A DNA stretch of 64,000 nt from Candidatus Altiarchaeota archaeon (GTDB lineage Archaea > Altiarchaeota > Altiarchaeia > IMC4 > SCGC-AAA252-I15), in assembly GCA_043800255.1 (NCBI GenBank), contig JAZDNF010000001.1, forward strand, positions 64,001 through 128,000. Direction: 5' to 3'. Below are positions 38,161 through 48,147 of the stretch, in pieces. The notes under the pieces were generated by a model. That model was not told the DNA's origin and did no database searches. It saw only the letters and a list, made by a program, of their open reading frames with translations. The position numbers and the translations under genes were made by a program. Within the stretch, counting starts at the first letter, position 1; each line of letters begins with the position of its first letter.

Positions 38161-39585
38161 ATGATAGACCGGCTCCCAGACATCCTGGAGGTTGACGCAT
38201 TCGACTTCGAGAAGCTGATAGAGAAATTCATCAACAAGATGGGCTTCAAGGTCGAGTCCAGCAAGAGGTCTCCTGACGGCGACATCCACCTTCTGGCGAA
38301 GACCACAAACCCCATGGGCGGCGAGGTGACCTCACTGATAAGGGCAGGAGCCTACGACAGGAAGGTCGACGTTGACACGATAAAGGACCTCTATGATGAC
38401 ATGATAAGCCACTCTGCCGTCAGGGCAGCGTATATAACGACGTCCGACTTCACACCAGAGGCTAAAGACTTCGCGCGGGGCAAGCCGATGAGCCTGATAA
38501 ACAAGTACGAATTCATAGAGGCACTTGACAGGGAGGGCATCAAGATAGACCCTGAGATGTTCAACCTTCTTGAGGCGCACGGGCTCACAGAGAAGAGGTT
38601 CAGGGAAGAGAAAGTTTTTTTCGAGTTTTCCAAAAGCACCCCGGAGGTTGCCGAATACTTCGCCAAGCGCAGGAAAAAGAAAAAATTGGGGCTTTTTGGA
38701 GTGGAGGATGATGTCAGCACCATAGTGAAACGCTACGCGCCAATCGGCATCTTCCGCGTCGCCTGGTCGAAGGAGGCTTCAGCGGAGGCAAGATCCATTG
38801 CCGAGACCCAGTCTGAGGATAATATTTTCGTGAACCTTCATAACGCAAAGTTATACTACATAACGAGGAGCAGGAGACTGTCCTCTGGGGAGGTATTTGA
38901 AAGGTCGAATGTTCTGGCAGAGATACTGGACCTTCCTGAGGAGGCGAGGGCGCATCTCCTTTACCTGATAAGGTATGGCGACCTGCCTCACAAGCAGCTT
39001 GAGGACAAGAACCTTTCAATCCTTGAGAAGAGGAAAATAATACGAATCTATGCGGCTGGGTCAAATGTTCAGGGCGTTGGGCCCTTAAGGAGCATGATAG
39101 ACGTTCTTGTTTACGTGATGCGCGAGCTATCGGACTTTCTAGTGCTCTTCATCCACGGCATTACCGGCAGTACGCCTTCAACCCCTGAGAGGGAGCTTGC
39201 GACGAGAGAGGGCGAAGAAGAGGAGAAGCTGGTTGGCGCGACTGTTGTGATGCCTCACACGTACGGCGGTCAGTATGACATCCTGAAATATCTTGCCACT
39301 GAGAATGGGCATGACACGAAATTCGAAGAAGACAATGTCGTCTACCCCTCAAAGTCTGTTGCAGACCTGCTTGCCGTGATACTTGACGCTGACGTCGAGC
39401 CCAAGGGTGTGGTCTTCATGCCCTACACTGTCGGGTCGTACAGGGACAAATCAACAGGCAAGATAACCCGGCGCGATATTCTCGTATCCCCTAAGTTCTT
39501 ATCGCACAAGAAGGCGGAGGGCAAGAAAGTCCAAATGCAGGCGGAGAGGAGGGAGTTTGGAATCCCCTACAAGATTATCAGATAA
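38161..39585 (+). CDS. Mrr-like (REase-fold) protein with degenerate catalytic motif, paralog 2
   Basis: FDFEKLIEKF..MGF, DGDIHL, ITTSDFTPEAKDFA, LIN. Confidence 0.75.
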   Translation: MIDRLPDILEVDAFDFEKLIEKFINKMGFKVESSKRSPDGDIHLLAKTTNPMGGEVTSLIRAGAYDRKVDVDTIKDLYDDMISHSAVRAAYITTSDFTPEAKDFARGKPMSLINKYEFIEALDREGIKIDPEMFNLLEAHGLTEKRFREEKVFFEFSKSTPEVAEYFAKRRKKKKLGLFGVEDDVSTIVKRYAPIGIFRVAWSKEASAEARSIAETQSEDNIFVNLHNAKLYYITRSRRLSSGEVFERSNVLAEILDLPEEARAHLLYLIRYGDLPHKQLEDKNLSILEKRKIIRIYAAGSNVQGVGPLRSMIDVLVYVMRELSDFLVLFIHGITGSTPSTPERELATREGEEEEKLVGATVVMPHTYGGQYDILKYLATENGHDTKFEEDNVVYPSKSVADLLAVILDADVEPKGVVFMPYTVGSYRDKSTGKITRRDILVSPKFLSHKKAEGKKVQMQAERREFGIPYKIIR

Positions 39586-40041
39586 TCACTTGAGGCACTC
39601 GAGCACTTCCTTATGCACGCCGTGGTCGTATTTTATGACGTCATGGGCTGCGTAGACTTCCATCGGATGCCCGTTCAACTTGGTCAGAAAACTCTCAAGG
39701 CCGTTCACGGCATTGTTTGACACGATGGCCTTTATCACAACCTTCCCGTCCAATGTCCTGAAAACCTTCTTGGCTTCGTCGAACTTTGAAATGTCTTCTG
39801 CGACCCTCTTGGATTCTGACGGGGGCGGGCTTACTATGATTATGCCCATCTGCCCGCAGTTTTCGTGGGCGTGGACTATTGCTGAAAACTTTTTAATCAC
39901 GCCCTTCTTCTTAAGCCTCTCAACCCGTGTGAATACTGTCGTATGCGGCACGCTAAGCCTTCTTCCAAGCTCTCTGAAGCTCAGCCGCCCGTTATCCTGC
40001 AGGTGCTCCAGTATATCAAGGTCTAGGTTGTCTATTTTCAA
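39586..40041 (-). CDS. Lrp/AsnC-family transcriptional regulator
   Basis: DNLDLDILEHLQDNGRLSFRELGRRLSVPHTTVFTRVERLKKKGVIKKF. Confidence 0.9.
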   Translation of the reverse strand: MKIDNLDLDILEHLQDNGRLSFRELGRRLSVPHTTVFTRVERLKKKGVIKKFSAIVHAHENCGQMGIIIVSPPPSESKRVAEDISKFDEAKKVFRTLDGKVVIKAIVSNNAVNGLESFLTKLNGHPMEVYAAHDVIKYDHGVHKEVLECLK

Positions 40042-40101
40042 GATATAATACTATGACCGCCATCGCATATAAATCAGTTTAAATTGTCTGGATATTAATA
40101 C

Positions 40102-41712
40102 ATGAGTGCCAAAATGAGAGTCAGGAACTTAAACATTCTCCTTCTTTTGTCAATCCTAGCCTATCTTCTGTTCAGACTGCCTGATTTGGGAGTTATGCCC
40201 TACTGGGACTGGGATGAGGGCGTCAACATGAACATGGCCTACAATGTGGCATACGGCAGGCCCCTCTGGTTCACCCTCATATTTCCATTCGTGCCTCATC
40301 CTCCATTGTACCTGCTTTCTCTCGGCCTGATGCTCCGCCTTTTTGGGAATGAGCTCATAGTCTTGCGCATCTTCTCAGTCTTGCTCGGCCTTTTCACGCT
40401 TTCTTTTGTCTACCTCACAGGCAGGGAACTGAAGGGGCCGTCTTTTGGCGTTCTCGCATCAGCATTGTATGCCCTCTACCCTATGGCCATATACTGGGAT
40501 AGGATGGGATTCGCAAACAACATGTTCTCGCTCCTCATAGTAGCCTCCCTGTATTCCATCCTAAGGTACCTGCGCACAGGCCAGACCCGGTTCCTATATT
40601 GTTCTGCATTGCTTGCCGGCCTGAGCCCTGTAACGCAGTACATCGGGGCCTCAACCGTCTTATCTTTTGCAATTGCCCTCTACCTTGCGAAGAGAATAAG
40701 ACTTAAGCCTATCCTGTTCAGTCTGCTGCCATTTTTCGCGCTGGTGTCCGCAATGCTCATCCTCATGAGGGCTCCGTTCATCGAGGATGTCAGGTTTCAG
40801 ATTGACAGGTTCAACCTGGCAGGATTCCTGATGCTTGTGGCGGCAGTTCTGCTGGCATACGTCGGATTACATCTCCTGAAGCCGTTGAAACGGATTATCA
40901 GCGATGCTTTCTGGAATGCGTACGCCCGTCTAGGCCTCAGCAGGGAGTTTCTTGCCGAATACGATGTGCCTATCCTCCTGATATCGGTGAACTTCGTGAT
41001 GGCGTTGGACGCGTTCCATGTCCTATCGTACCAGTACCTCTTCACAGGGCTTGGATACTACTGGGTTGGCATAGTCGGGTTGTTCCTGTTCGAGAGGGGG
41101 ATTCCGAGAGCCGTTCTCCTGTCCTATTTTATCCCGCTTTTCCTGCTGATTTTCAAGATTGGCCGCACAGACCATATGACCATTCCCTTGAACCCTTTTT
41201 TTGCCATTGGCTTTGCAGCTCTTCTGATGCGGCTTACGAGCGTAATACGCCAGCTGACTTCCAACCGGAAGGTTATAGCAGGGTTTACGGTTCTCCTGGT
41301 TCTGCCATTCGCCTCAATCTTCCTACGGGACGTTCAGGCGTTTGTGCTTACCGGGCTGAAAACCGAAAGTCTGACCGAGCGGTTCGAATTAGCATCCTAC
41401 CTGGATAATAATACCGCTCCTGGGGAATATGTGCTGGTTGACAGTCACGAGGGCAGGTTCATAAAAGCCAACTACTCTATTGTGACGCAGTCTATTGCTG
41501 TTAACGGCAGGCAGATAGGCTATTACCGGGGTGACTATGAGCCTGGCAGGTTCGTAGTCAATTTCTCATACCAGGGGGCTAAATATATCGTCTTGGAGGA
41601 GGGTGGCATTGAGTGGCTGAGCGGGAACGTTTCTGACATAGCTTCTGAGATTTCCGAGTGGGGGGTTGAGGCTGAGTTCGGCAGGTTTCAGGTCTTAAGG
41701 AACCCAAAATAG
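40102..41712 (+). CDS. GT-C membrane glycosyltransferase (PMT_2/ArnT-like)
   Basis: WDWDEG, HPPLY, LR..S, many TMs. Confidence 0.8.
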   Translation: MSAKMRVRNLNILLLLSILAYLLFRLPDLGVMPYWDWDEGVNMNMAYNVAYGRPLWFTLIFPFVPHPPLYLLSLGLMLRLFGNELIVLRIFSVLLGLFTLSFVYLTGRELKGPSFGVLASALYALYPMAIYWDRMGFANNMFSLLIVASLYSILRYLRTGQTRFLYCSALLAGLSPVTQYIGASTVLSFAIALYLAKRIRLKPILFSLLPFFALVSAMLILMRAPFIEDVRFQIDRFNLAGFLMLVAAVLLAYVGLHLLKPLKRIISDAFWNAYARLGLSREFLAEYDVPILLISVNFVMALDAFHVLSYQYLFTGLGYYWVGIVGLFLFERGIPRAVLLSYFIPLFLLIFKIGRTDHMTIPLNPFFAIGFAALLMRLTSVIRQLTSNRKVIAGFTVLLVLPFASIFLRDVQAFVLTGLKTESLTERFELASYLDNNTAPGEYVLVDSHEGRFIKANYSIVTQSIAVNGRQIGYYRGDYEPGRFVVNFSYQGAKYIVLEEGGIEWLSGNVSDIASEISEWGVEAEFGRFQVLRNPK

Positions 41713-41831
41713 GCTATTGTGAACATTAGACTGCATTTTTGCGAAAAATAATGAACATCTTTCATTTATATACCCTAGTTGTGCTATACTATACAGTATT
41801 TATTATTTTAAAAAAAATGGGAGGTGTCAAC

Positions 41832-42161
41832 GTGAACACAAAACATCTGGGTTTGGTTGCGGCGTTAGTCGTGCTAATGGCGAGTCTAGCCAGTGCACAG
41901 CTCGGATCTGCGCAGACAACTATCTGTAATATATTACAACAAGTATACACTTTACTGTTGTATATAGCGTCTGGTGTCGGTGCGGTGATGATAGTACTTA
42001 TGGGTGTGCTCTGGGTATCGTCCGCAGACAGCGCTAAGTCCAGAAATTCGGCAAAGAACGGTGTGGTCCATGCAATAATTGGATTAATCATCGTTTCACT
42101 GGCCATAGCACTTGTGACTATGGTTCTGCCAGAAGGTTCTGACTGCATTACCACATGGTAA
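41832..42161 (+). CDS. TrbC/VirB2-like pilin
   Basis: GGAGGTG RBS and GTG start; signal peptide ending ASA; two hydrophobic helices joined by SSADSAKSRNSAKN; AIIGLII. Confidence 0.7.
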   Translation: MNTKHLGLVAALVVLMASLASAQLGSAQTTICNILQQVYTLLLYIASGVGAVMIVLMGVLWVSSADSAKSRNSAKNGVVHAIIGLIIVSLAIALVTMVLPEGSDCITTW

Positions 42162-42167
42162 ACATAA

Positions 42168-42210
42168 GTTAGCCAAAACAGAACGGCTAACACCTTTTTT
42201 TATTTTTTTT
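42168..42210 (+). terminator. Hairpin plus T-tract terminator after the pilin gene
   Basis: GTTAGCC (42168-74) / GGCTAAC (42185-91) followed by two T runs. Confidence 0.65.
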
Positions 42211-42217
42211 ATCTGTC

Positions 42218-43270
42218 CTATCTTACCCCATAACTGGAGAAGGCCAGAATGCTGCGTATAACAGCCTCTACTATCATAAGAACGAGAAGCACCCTAAGCG
42301 CGGCCTTTACGACCTCTGACTTTTTTCCCAAATTCTCAAACGCATAGCTTATTGGAACACATAAGCTCCCAGCAGCAAACGCGAGGAGCCTGATGTTGTA
42401 ATCCTGGTTGGTGAAGAATGGTATGAACGTCAGGATATGGGGCAGAAAGACCCAGGACATGAGGAGCGCGGATTCGTTGTTATTCTTCAGGAAGGCTGGA
42501 ATGCCAGATGCTGCGAGTAGGACCGTTAACGGCCCGGCAATGACAAGATAATACAGGATACCTGGGACGTTTTTCGCATTTGCAGCTGACAATCCCGCCT
42601 GTAAGTCTATGCTATTTCCCCTCAAAGAATTTGTCACGTAGGGTGCGTATAGCATAAGTGATGCAAGCGTCACAATAGCAAAGGCAGATAAGGTGAATCT
42701 ATCTGCCCGTCTGCTTCTGACGATGGAATAGAGCAGTAGGGACAGCATAAAAAGGCTTATGTACATGCCGGAAGTCCTGTGTGCGATGACAACCGGAACC
42801 AGAATCAGCGGCGTGATAATGCTCCTCCTGGAAGTCTCAAGAGCAACAAACGTGTTAACCGTCAGTATGCCCAACAGGAGAGAGTATCCGCCCCATGTGA
42901 GAACCTCGGCAATGTCAAGGGGGCTGAAAACGTACAGCAGGGTTGTAATCATAGGATTGACTTTCAGCTTTTCTGAAATCACCCATAGCGGTATGACGTT
43001 CAAGGCCCCTATCAGGCAGCCTCCCACTATGGTCCCCGTCAGGTCATCCAGCCCGAGGAGCCTTCCCAACAGCATCACGGGCGCGAGTATGATGCTGACC
43101 AGGGCCTTGGGTTTGCCCTCCAGCAGGCTGTAGCTGTGCTGCAGGTAATTGCATTGGTCGCAGTTCCCGTCCGCACCACCAACTGGCGTGTACAATGTGG
43201 CGAGGAATACCCTGACCGCAAGGGCGAATAAGAACATCAGCGCAACCTGTTTTCTCCTTGAGAGTTTCAT
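42218..43270 (-). CDS. Polytopic membrane protein, probable GT-C glycosyltransferase
   Basis: ALAVR after TM1, acidic first loop (DGNCDQCNY), LYVFSP, about 10 TMs; coupled to the GT22-like gene. Confidence 0.55.
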   Translation of the reverse strand: MKLSRRKQVALMFLFALAVRVFLATLYTPVGGADGNCDQCNYLQHSYSLLEGKPKALVSIILAPVMLLGRLLGLDDLTGTIVGGCLIGALNVIPLWVISEKLKVNPMITTLLYVFSPLDIAEVLTWGGYSLLLGILTVNTFVALETSRRSIITPLILVPVVIAHRTSGMYISLFMLSLLLYSIVRSRRADRFTLSAFAIVTLASLMLYAPYVTNSLRGNSIDLQAGLSAANAKNVPGILYYLVIAGPLTVLLAASGIPAFLKNNNESALLMSWVFLPHILTFIPFFTNQDYNIRLLAFAAGSLCVPISYAFENLGKKSEVVKAALRVLLVLMIVEAVIRSILAFSSYGVR

Positions 43271-44718
43271 CTTTTGTATACTGTCACATTCCCGCAGGAT
43301 TTCACGCTACGGTACCCTGCATCCTCCAGGAAATCATTCACTGATCCATTGGGGCTGGTTATTATGACATAGTTTATGTCATGGTCCGTGATTTCGTCCA
43401 AGCCTATCGTGTTAAAGCCGCTGTGAGGGATCACATACCTGTCGTTGAGCTGCGGGCTGGATACGAACTCCAAATCTACTATGTGATAGGATGGAATGTC
43501 TCTGTGAAAGTATGTGTACACTCCTGAAAGGTACCAGTGGATCGAGTATGCCAGCGCTTTTGCGTCATCCTGCTGTCCAACATACCTGACAGCCTGGAAA
43601 TTATCCTCAAAGGGTGTCCACCCCCCACCCCACTGTCCTGGGAGTTCAAAGAATATGAGCAGCTGCGCGCCAAGGACGATGAAGATGAACGAAAGGAACA
43701 TGTATTTTACGACAATATTCTGCTGGTAGCTTGGCCTGGACTGTTCTATCATCCTGTCCAAACCCCTGGCGGAGAGTATGAAAAAAAGCGGCAGCGCGGA
43801 GAACATGAACCGCATCTCCTTGTGGGGGATGAGCGAGAAGACGGTAAAATAAAGCAGGAAAGTCCCCCATAGCAGGCCTGCTGTCCTCTTCCTTTCAAAA
43901 GACCATGGCAGGAAGAACATGATGGGCACGTGCAGCAGGAGGGGCAGCAGGTAGTAGACTGGCGGCTCGGTACCGAATATGCTCGATTTTTTCTCAACCA
44001 GGTTTGCCATGAAAAAGGCGACAGGAGAGTGCAGGAACGAACCCCATGTTGCGAGGTCGATGAGGCCCTGGAATAGCAGAACGATCGCAAAGCCCGCGGA
44101 AAAATATCTCAGAATCTGGAATTTCCTGACAATCAGGAGATACGCTGCCAACGGCATGAGATACACCGCCGAGTTGAACTTGAGCATGAACGCAATCCCG
44201 AAGAGAATGCCGGAGAATATCGCATCATGTTTCCTGCCTTTCAGCGAGCCAAGCAGGAAGTACAATCCTCCAGTCACCGCTAATGCTGCTGGAACCTCCG
44301 GCATTATCCTGGCGCTCCAAAGGTAGAGCAATCCTGATGCTGCTGTGAAGAAGCCTGCAAGCAATCCAGTCCTCCTGTTATAGGCAGCGTCAGCCAGCCT
44401 GTAGACCGCGTATACCAGCAGGATGGATACTACCATCATAAGCGCCCGTACGGCGAAGACAAGCTTTAGGATGTCGCTGACTCCTGTCAGCAGGCCAGCC
44501 TTGAATATGGTGTAGATTATGCCTGGGAAGAACCATGACCTTATGCCGTCAACGTACTCCCACGGCATAAGTCCGTAGCCGAAAATCTTGATGTGGACCG
44601 GCTCAAGGTACTGGTAGATGCTGTCAGGGTGTATCATGCCGCCGGTCATGTTCAAGGCATACAACCTGGATATTACGGTGAAAGCCATCAGCAGCAGAAG
44701 CCAACTCCTGAAGGACAT
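43267..44718 (-). CDS. GT22 (Alg9/PIG-B-like) mannosyltransferase
   Basis: HPDSIYQYLEPVH..GYG..PWEY..GIRSW and PHKEMRF signature motifs. Confidence 0.8.
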   Translation of the reverse strand: MSFRSWLLLLMAFTVISRLYALNMTGGMIHPDSIYQYLEPVHIKIFGYGLMPWEYVDGIRSWFFPGIIYTIFKAGLLTGVSDILKLVFAVRALMMVVSILLVYAVYRLADAAYNRRTGLLAGFFTAASGLLYLWSARIMPEVPAALAVTGGLYFLLGSLKGRKHDAIFSGILFGIAFMLKFNSAVYLMPLAAYLLIVRKFQILRYFSAGFAIVLLFQGLIDLATWGSFLHSPVAFFMANLVEKKSSIFGTEPPVYYLLPLLLHVPIMFFLPWSFERKRTAGLLWGTFLLYFTVFSLIPHKEMRFMFSALPLFFILSARGLDRMIEQSRPSYQQNIVVKYMFLSFIFIVLGAQLLIFFELPGQWGGGWTPFEDNFQAVRYVGQQDDAKALAYSIHWYLSGVYTYFHRDIPSYHIVDLEFVSSPQLNDRYVIPHSGFNTIGLDEITDHDINYVIITSPNGSVNDFLEDAGYRSVKSCGNVTVYKR

Positions 44719-44750
44719 AAACTATACTGTGACGGCATCTAAAAATAGGC

Positions 44751-45698
44751 CTAATGCCGGAGCACCGTTATCCTCCTGGTGAGGCTCTTGTGGACTCTGA
44801 GAGAGTAGGATTCCAGGACAGTGTGGCCTGCCAGCGGCAGCTCATAGTCTTCTGGCGACATCAATACGATGCAGCCTCCGTCAGTTACCAGATTTTTTGC
44901 GTTCTCAAGGAAACATGTGTAGAGTTCCTTCAGCTGTTTGGAGGAGTAGGAGGACCTGCCGTAGGGCATGTCAGTGACGACGGCATCTGCATCCGCCTTT
45001 CCCCTGAGAGCATCCTCCTGTTCGACTCTCCCCCTGAGACCGTAATGTTTGAGGTTCATTTTCGTGCCGTCAACAAGCTCCTTTCTGATGTCCCAGCCGA
45101 TGACGTTCAAGCCTATCAGCCCGGCTTCTATGAGAATCCCACCGGTGCCGCAGAATGGGTCCAGCATAGTGTCCCCCTCCCTGACTCTGGCAAGGTTGAC
45201 GAGGACTCTCGCCAGCTTCGGGTGCAGTGAAGTCGGATGAAAGTATGGCCTCAGCTGCGGTTTCCTGCCCTCAAAATCCCTCCAATTCGAGAACATGACT
45301 CCGCCATAATACTCTCCTGCTATCTGATGGCATGCGACCCTGACGTCAGGTCTCTTAAGGTCTACCTTGAGGCCCATGTTATGCAGGAGTCCTCCGAGTT
45401 CGCTCTCAACCTTTTTGGACTCTGAAACAACCCTGAAGGTGTCGCAGTCTGAGATGTGGTCGAAGATTGTTCCAGCCAACAGTCCGACTTTCTTGGAAAC
45501 GCCCAGTATATCATCGGCCTCCAGAGTCAGGGCAAGCCTCCTCACAAACGAGTTCTCCTCAGTCTGAACTTCAAAGAGGCGGAACCTGTCCTGTGCAAGG
45601 ACCTTTTCATGCTTGAGTCTCTCGCCTTCGAATACTGCTTCCAACTCCGCATCAGGGAGGCTCTCATGCTCTTTGGAAAAACGAAAAAGCAGTCTCAT
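44751..45698 (-). CDS. trm11: tRNA (guanine-10-N2) methyltransferase, THUMP-containing
   Basis: RPYFHPTSLHPKLARVLVNL, LDPFCGTGGILIEA, TDMPYG, VHKSLTR. Confidence 0.9.
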   Translation of the reverse strand: MRLLFRFSKEHESLPDAELEAVFEGERLKHEKVLAQDRFRLFEVQTEENSFVRRLALTLEADDILGVSKKVGLLAGTIFDHISDCDTFRVVSESKKVESELGGLLHNMGLKVDLKRPDVRVACHQIAGEYYGGVMFSNWRDFEGRKPQLRPYFHPTSLHPKLARVLVNLARVREGDTMLDPFCGTGGILIEAGLIGLNVIGWDIRKELVDGTKMNLKHYGLRGRVEQEDALRGKADADAVVTDMPYGRSSYSSKQLKELYTCFLENAKNLVTDGGCIVLMSPEDYELPLAGHTVLESYSLRVHKSLTRRITVLRH

Positions 45699-45741
45699 GA
45701 CAGTAGATTATATAACCTGGCATCCAAAATATATGACATCC

Positions 45742-47112
45742 ATGTTGTCAGACGACATTAAAGTAAAAATCGGCCTTGAAGTCCACGTCCCCCTGAACAC
45801 AGAGCAGAAGCTGTTCTGCCACTGTCCTACCAACTACTATGAGGTGGGAGAGGCCAACATAAACACTTGTCCGGTCTGCACAGGCATGCCTGGGGCGAAA
45901 CCCTACCCTCTGAACGAAAAGGCCATAGAGAGCGCCATAATGGTCGCTGAACTCCTGAATTGTAACATAGTATACGACAATATTTTCGTCAAGAGGAAGC
46001 ACTACGACTACCCTGACCTGCCGTCAGGATACCAGAGGACTTCAGAGCCCATCGGCAGGGACGGAAAGATTTCAGGCGTAGGCATATGGGAGGTTCACAT
46101 GGAGGAGGATCCAGGACGGTACGACCTTGCGACAGGCAGGGTCGACTACAACAGAAGCGGAGTGCCCCTGATAGAGGTAGTGACCGCCCCAGACATGAAG
46201 ACTCCCGAGGACGTCAGGAACTTCCTCAAGGAGCTCACGAACCTCCTGAAATACACCAACAGGATAATAGACGTCGGCGGGGTGATGAGAGCCGACGTCA
46301 ACATAAGCATCGAAGGCGGCGCGAGGGTGGAGATAAAGAACATCAACTCCGTCAGGGGAGCCTACAAGGCCCTGAAGTTCGAGATACTCCGGCAGAAGGG
46401 CATGATGAAACGCGGAGTGAAGGTAATCCAGGAGACCAGAGGCTTCGACGAGAAGTCCATGATAACCGTCGCCCAACGGGTCAAGGAGACTGCGGCAGAC
46501 TACCGGTACATCCCAGACCCCGACATACCCCCGCAGCAGTTTGATGAGCAGTTTGTGAGAAAAATCGAGCTGCCTGAGACTCCGCAGACAAGAAAGAAGC
46601 GGCTTCTGGAAAAATACGGCATAGCCCAGCAGTACGCTGACACCCTCGTCAGGGACAAGGACGTCGCAGACCTCTACGAGGCTGCCGCCTCGAAGGCTGA
46701 CCCCAAGTCAGCTGCAATGTGGGTGTGCAGGGAGGTCCTGGGGCAGCTTAACTACCGTGGGATAGAGCTGTCAGAGTCCAAGCTGACCGCTGACATGCTG
46801 GTTGAGATAATCCAGATGGTCAGCTCAGGTCAGATAACGGAGACTGTGGGGAAGAAGCTCCTCGAGAAGGTCATAGACTCGGGGAAGAGCCCGGAGGAGG
46901 TTGTCAAGAAGGAGAGTCTGGGCACCGTCTCAGGGGAGAGCCAGCTCTCTGAGGCTGCCGAGTCAGTGATAACGGAGAATCAGCAGGCTGTATCCGACTA
47001 TAAGGCCGGCAAGGCAGAGTCGTTGAATTTCCTCATGGGTCAGGTGATGAAGAAAATGCGGGGGAGGGCTGAGCCTTCAGCGGTCATGAAAATCCTGAAG
47101 GACAGGATATAA
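45742..47112 (+). CDS. gatB: Asp/Glu-tRNA amidotransferase subunit B
   Basis: IGLEVH, KLFC, CPVCTGMPG, YPDLP, HMEED, DYNRSGVPLIE, DYRY.PDPD, NFLMGQVMK; no GatE-type insertion. Confidence 0.95.
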   Translation: MLSDDIKVKIGLEVHVPLNTEQKLFCHCPTNYYEVGEANINTCPVCTGMPGAKPYPLNEKAIESAIMVAELLNCNIVYDNIFVKRKHYDYPDLPSGYQRTSEPIGRDGKISGVGIWEVHMEEDPGRYDLATGRVDYNRSGVPLIEVVTAPDMKTPEDVRNFLKELTNLLKYTNRIIDVGGVMRADVNISIEGGARVEIKNINSVRGAYKALKFEILRQKGMMKRGVKVIQETRGFDEKSMITVAQRVKETAADYRYIPDPDIPPQQFDEQFVRKIELPETPQTRKKRLLEKYGIAQQYADTLVRDKDVADLYEAAASKADPKSAAMWVCREVLGQLNYRGIELSESKLTADMLVEIIQMVSSGQITETVGKKLLEKVIDSGKSPEEVVKKESLGTVSGESQLSEAAESVITENQQAVSDYKAGKAESLNFLMGQVMKKMRGRAEPSAVMKILKDRI

Positions 47113-48113
47113 TGTCGCAGGATCCTGTAGAAAAGCTGGAGGAACTCGAATGCAGGGCGTTCGGAAAAATCAGGCAACTTGAGTCTCTTCTGTCCTATGT
47201 GCTTAAGTCAATAGCCTATAACAGCCTGTTCATGCTCTACCTGCTCTTCGCAGGCTACATCATACTAACCCTCACATCCCCTCTACTGATCGGTTCGGAT
47301 GACATTAGGCTGAGAGGTGTCGGGATAATCCCCTACCTTCTTATCTCAACGTTTAGGATGTGCCATCAGCTGCCGCAGAGGACTCTGATGTTCTATGGCA
47401 TCCCGCAGCCGATGTGCGCGAGGGATGCGGGAATATACCTGGGCCTGGTCTCAGGGTTCCTAATCCCGCTCCTGTCGAAAAAAAACGAAAGGTTTTTCGA
47501 TTCGGTGAAAGTCCTGCTGTTGCTGACGGTTCCAATAGCGTTGGACGGCGTATCCCAGTCCATACTGGTTGAGAGGGAGAGCGATAACATCCTGAGGTTT
47601 ATCACAGGCTTGTTGTTCGGCGTTGGAGTGTCAGCATATTCTGCAGCAAAAATCATCCGATTCTATCCTGACTTCAAGGCAAACGTCATGAGACTCGAAC
47701 ACCTGGCTGGGACAATCGCTGGAGCGCTCATCGTCTGGTACCTCATCCTAGGCTCCGTATCGCCGGAGCTTGGAAGAACTTACCTGTCAAAAAGCGAGGC
47801 AGTCAATGCCGTATTGTCCGAGCCTTCCGGCAATGTCAGAGTCTACTATGTGCCGCCCCTGTCGCCGTACAGCATCCAACATGACCCCTTTCTGAAAGGG
47901 TATGATGATCCGATACTGTCAGACCTTATGGAATTGAATCTCACGCTCGGCACAGCCTTTGAACGCCTTGACGGAGTCTACGGCATATGGGTCGTGGTAA
48001 TCCCAAACCAGACCGGGAATCCAGAAGGCAAAACAGCCTACGCATCTCCCAGCGGGATGTACTATTATGTTGACCCTTCCAACACGAGCATAATCCTAAA
48101 CAGAACCCACTAA
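47112..48113 (+). CDS. DUF2085-type membrane protein
   Basis: CHQLPQRT, PMCARDAGIYLG, P.ALDG..Q, ES.N.LRFITG. Confidence 0.8.
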   Translation: MSQDPVEKLEELECRAFGKIRQLESLLSYVLKSIAYNSLFMLYLLFAGYIILTLTSPLLIGSDDIRLRGVGIIPYLLISTFRMCHQLPQRTLMFYGIPQPMCARDAGIYLGLVSGFLIPLLSKKNERFFDSVKVLLLLTVPIALDGVSQSILVERESDNILRFITGLLFGVGVSAYSAAKIIRFYPDFKANVMRLEHLAGTIAGALIVWYLILGSVSPELGRTYLSKSEAVNAVLSEPSGNVRVYYVPPLSPYSIQHDPFLKGYDDPILSDLMELNLTLGTAFERLDGVYGIWVVVIPNQTGNPEGKTAYASPSGMYYYVDPSNTSIILNRTH

Positions 48114-48147
48114 TCATTTTATTAACCCAATTGTAATTGATTACAAC

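Noticed and set aside
45613-47112. GatE call, or the 499-aa extended GatB
   Set aside because: No AspRS-like insertion; the extension overlaps the divergent trm11 gene
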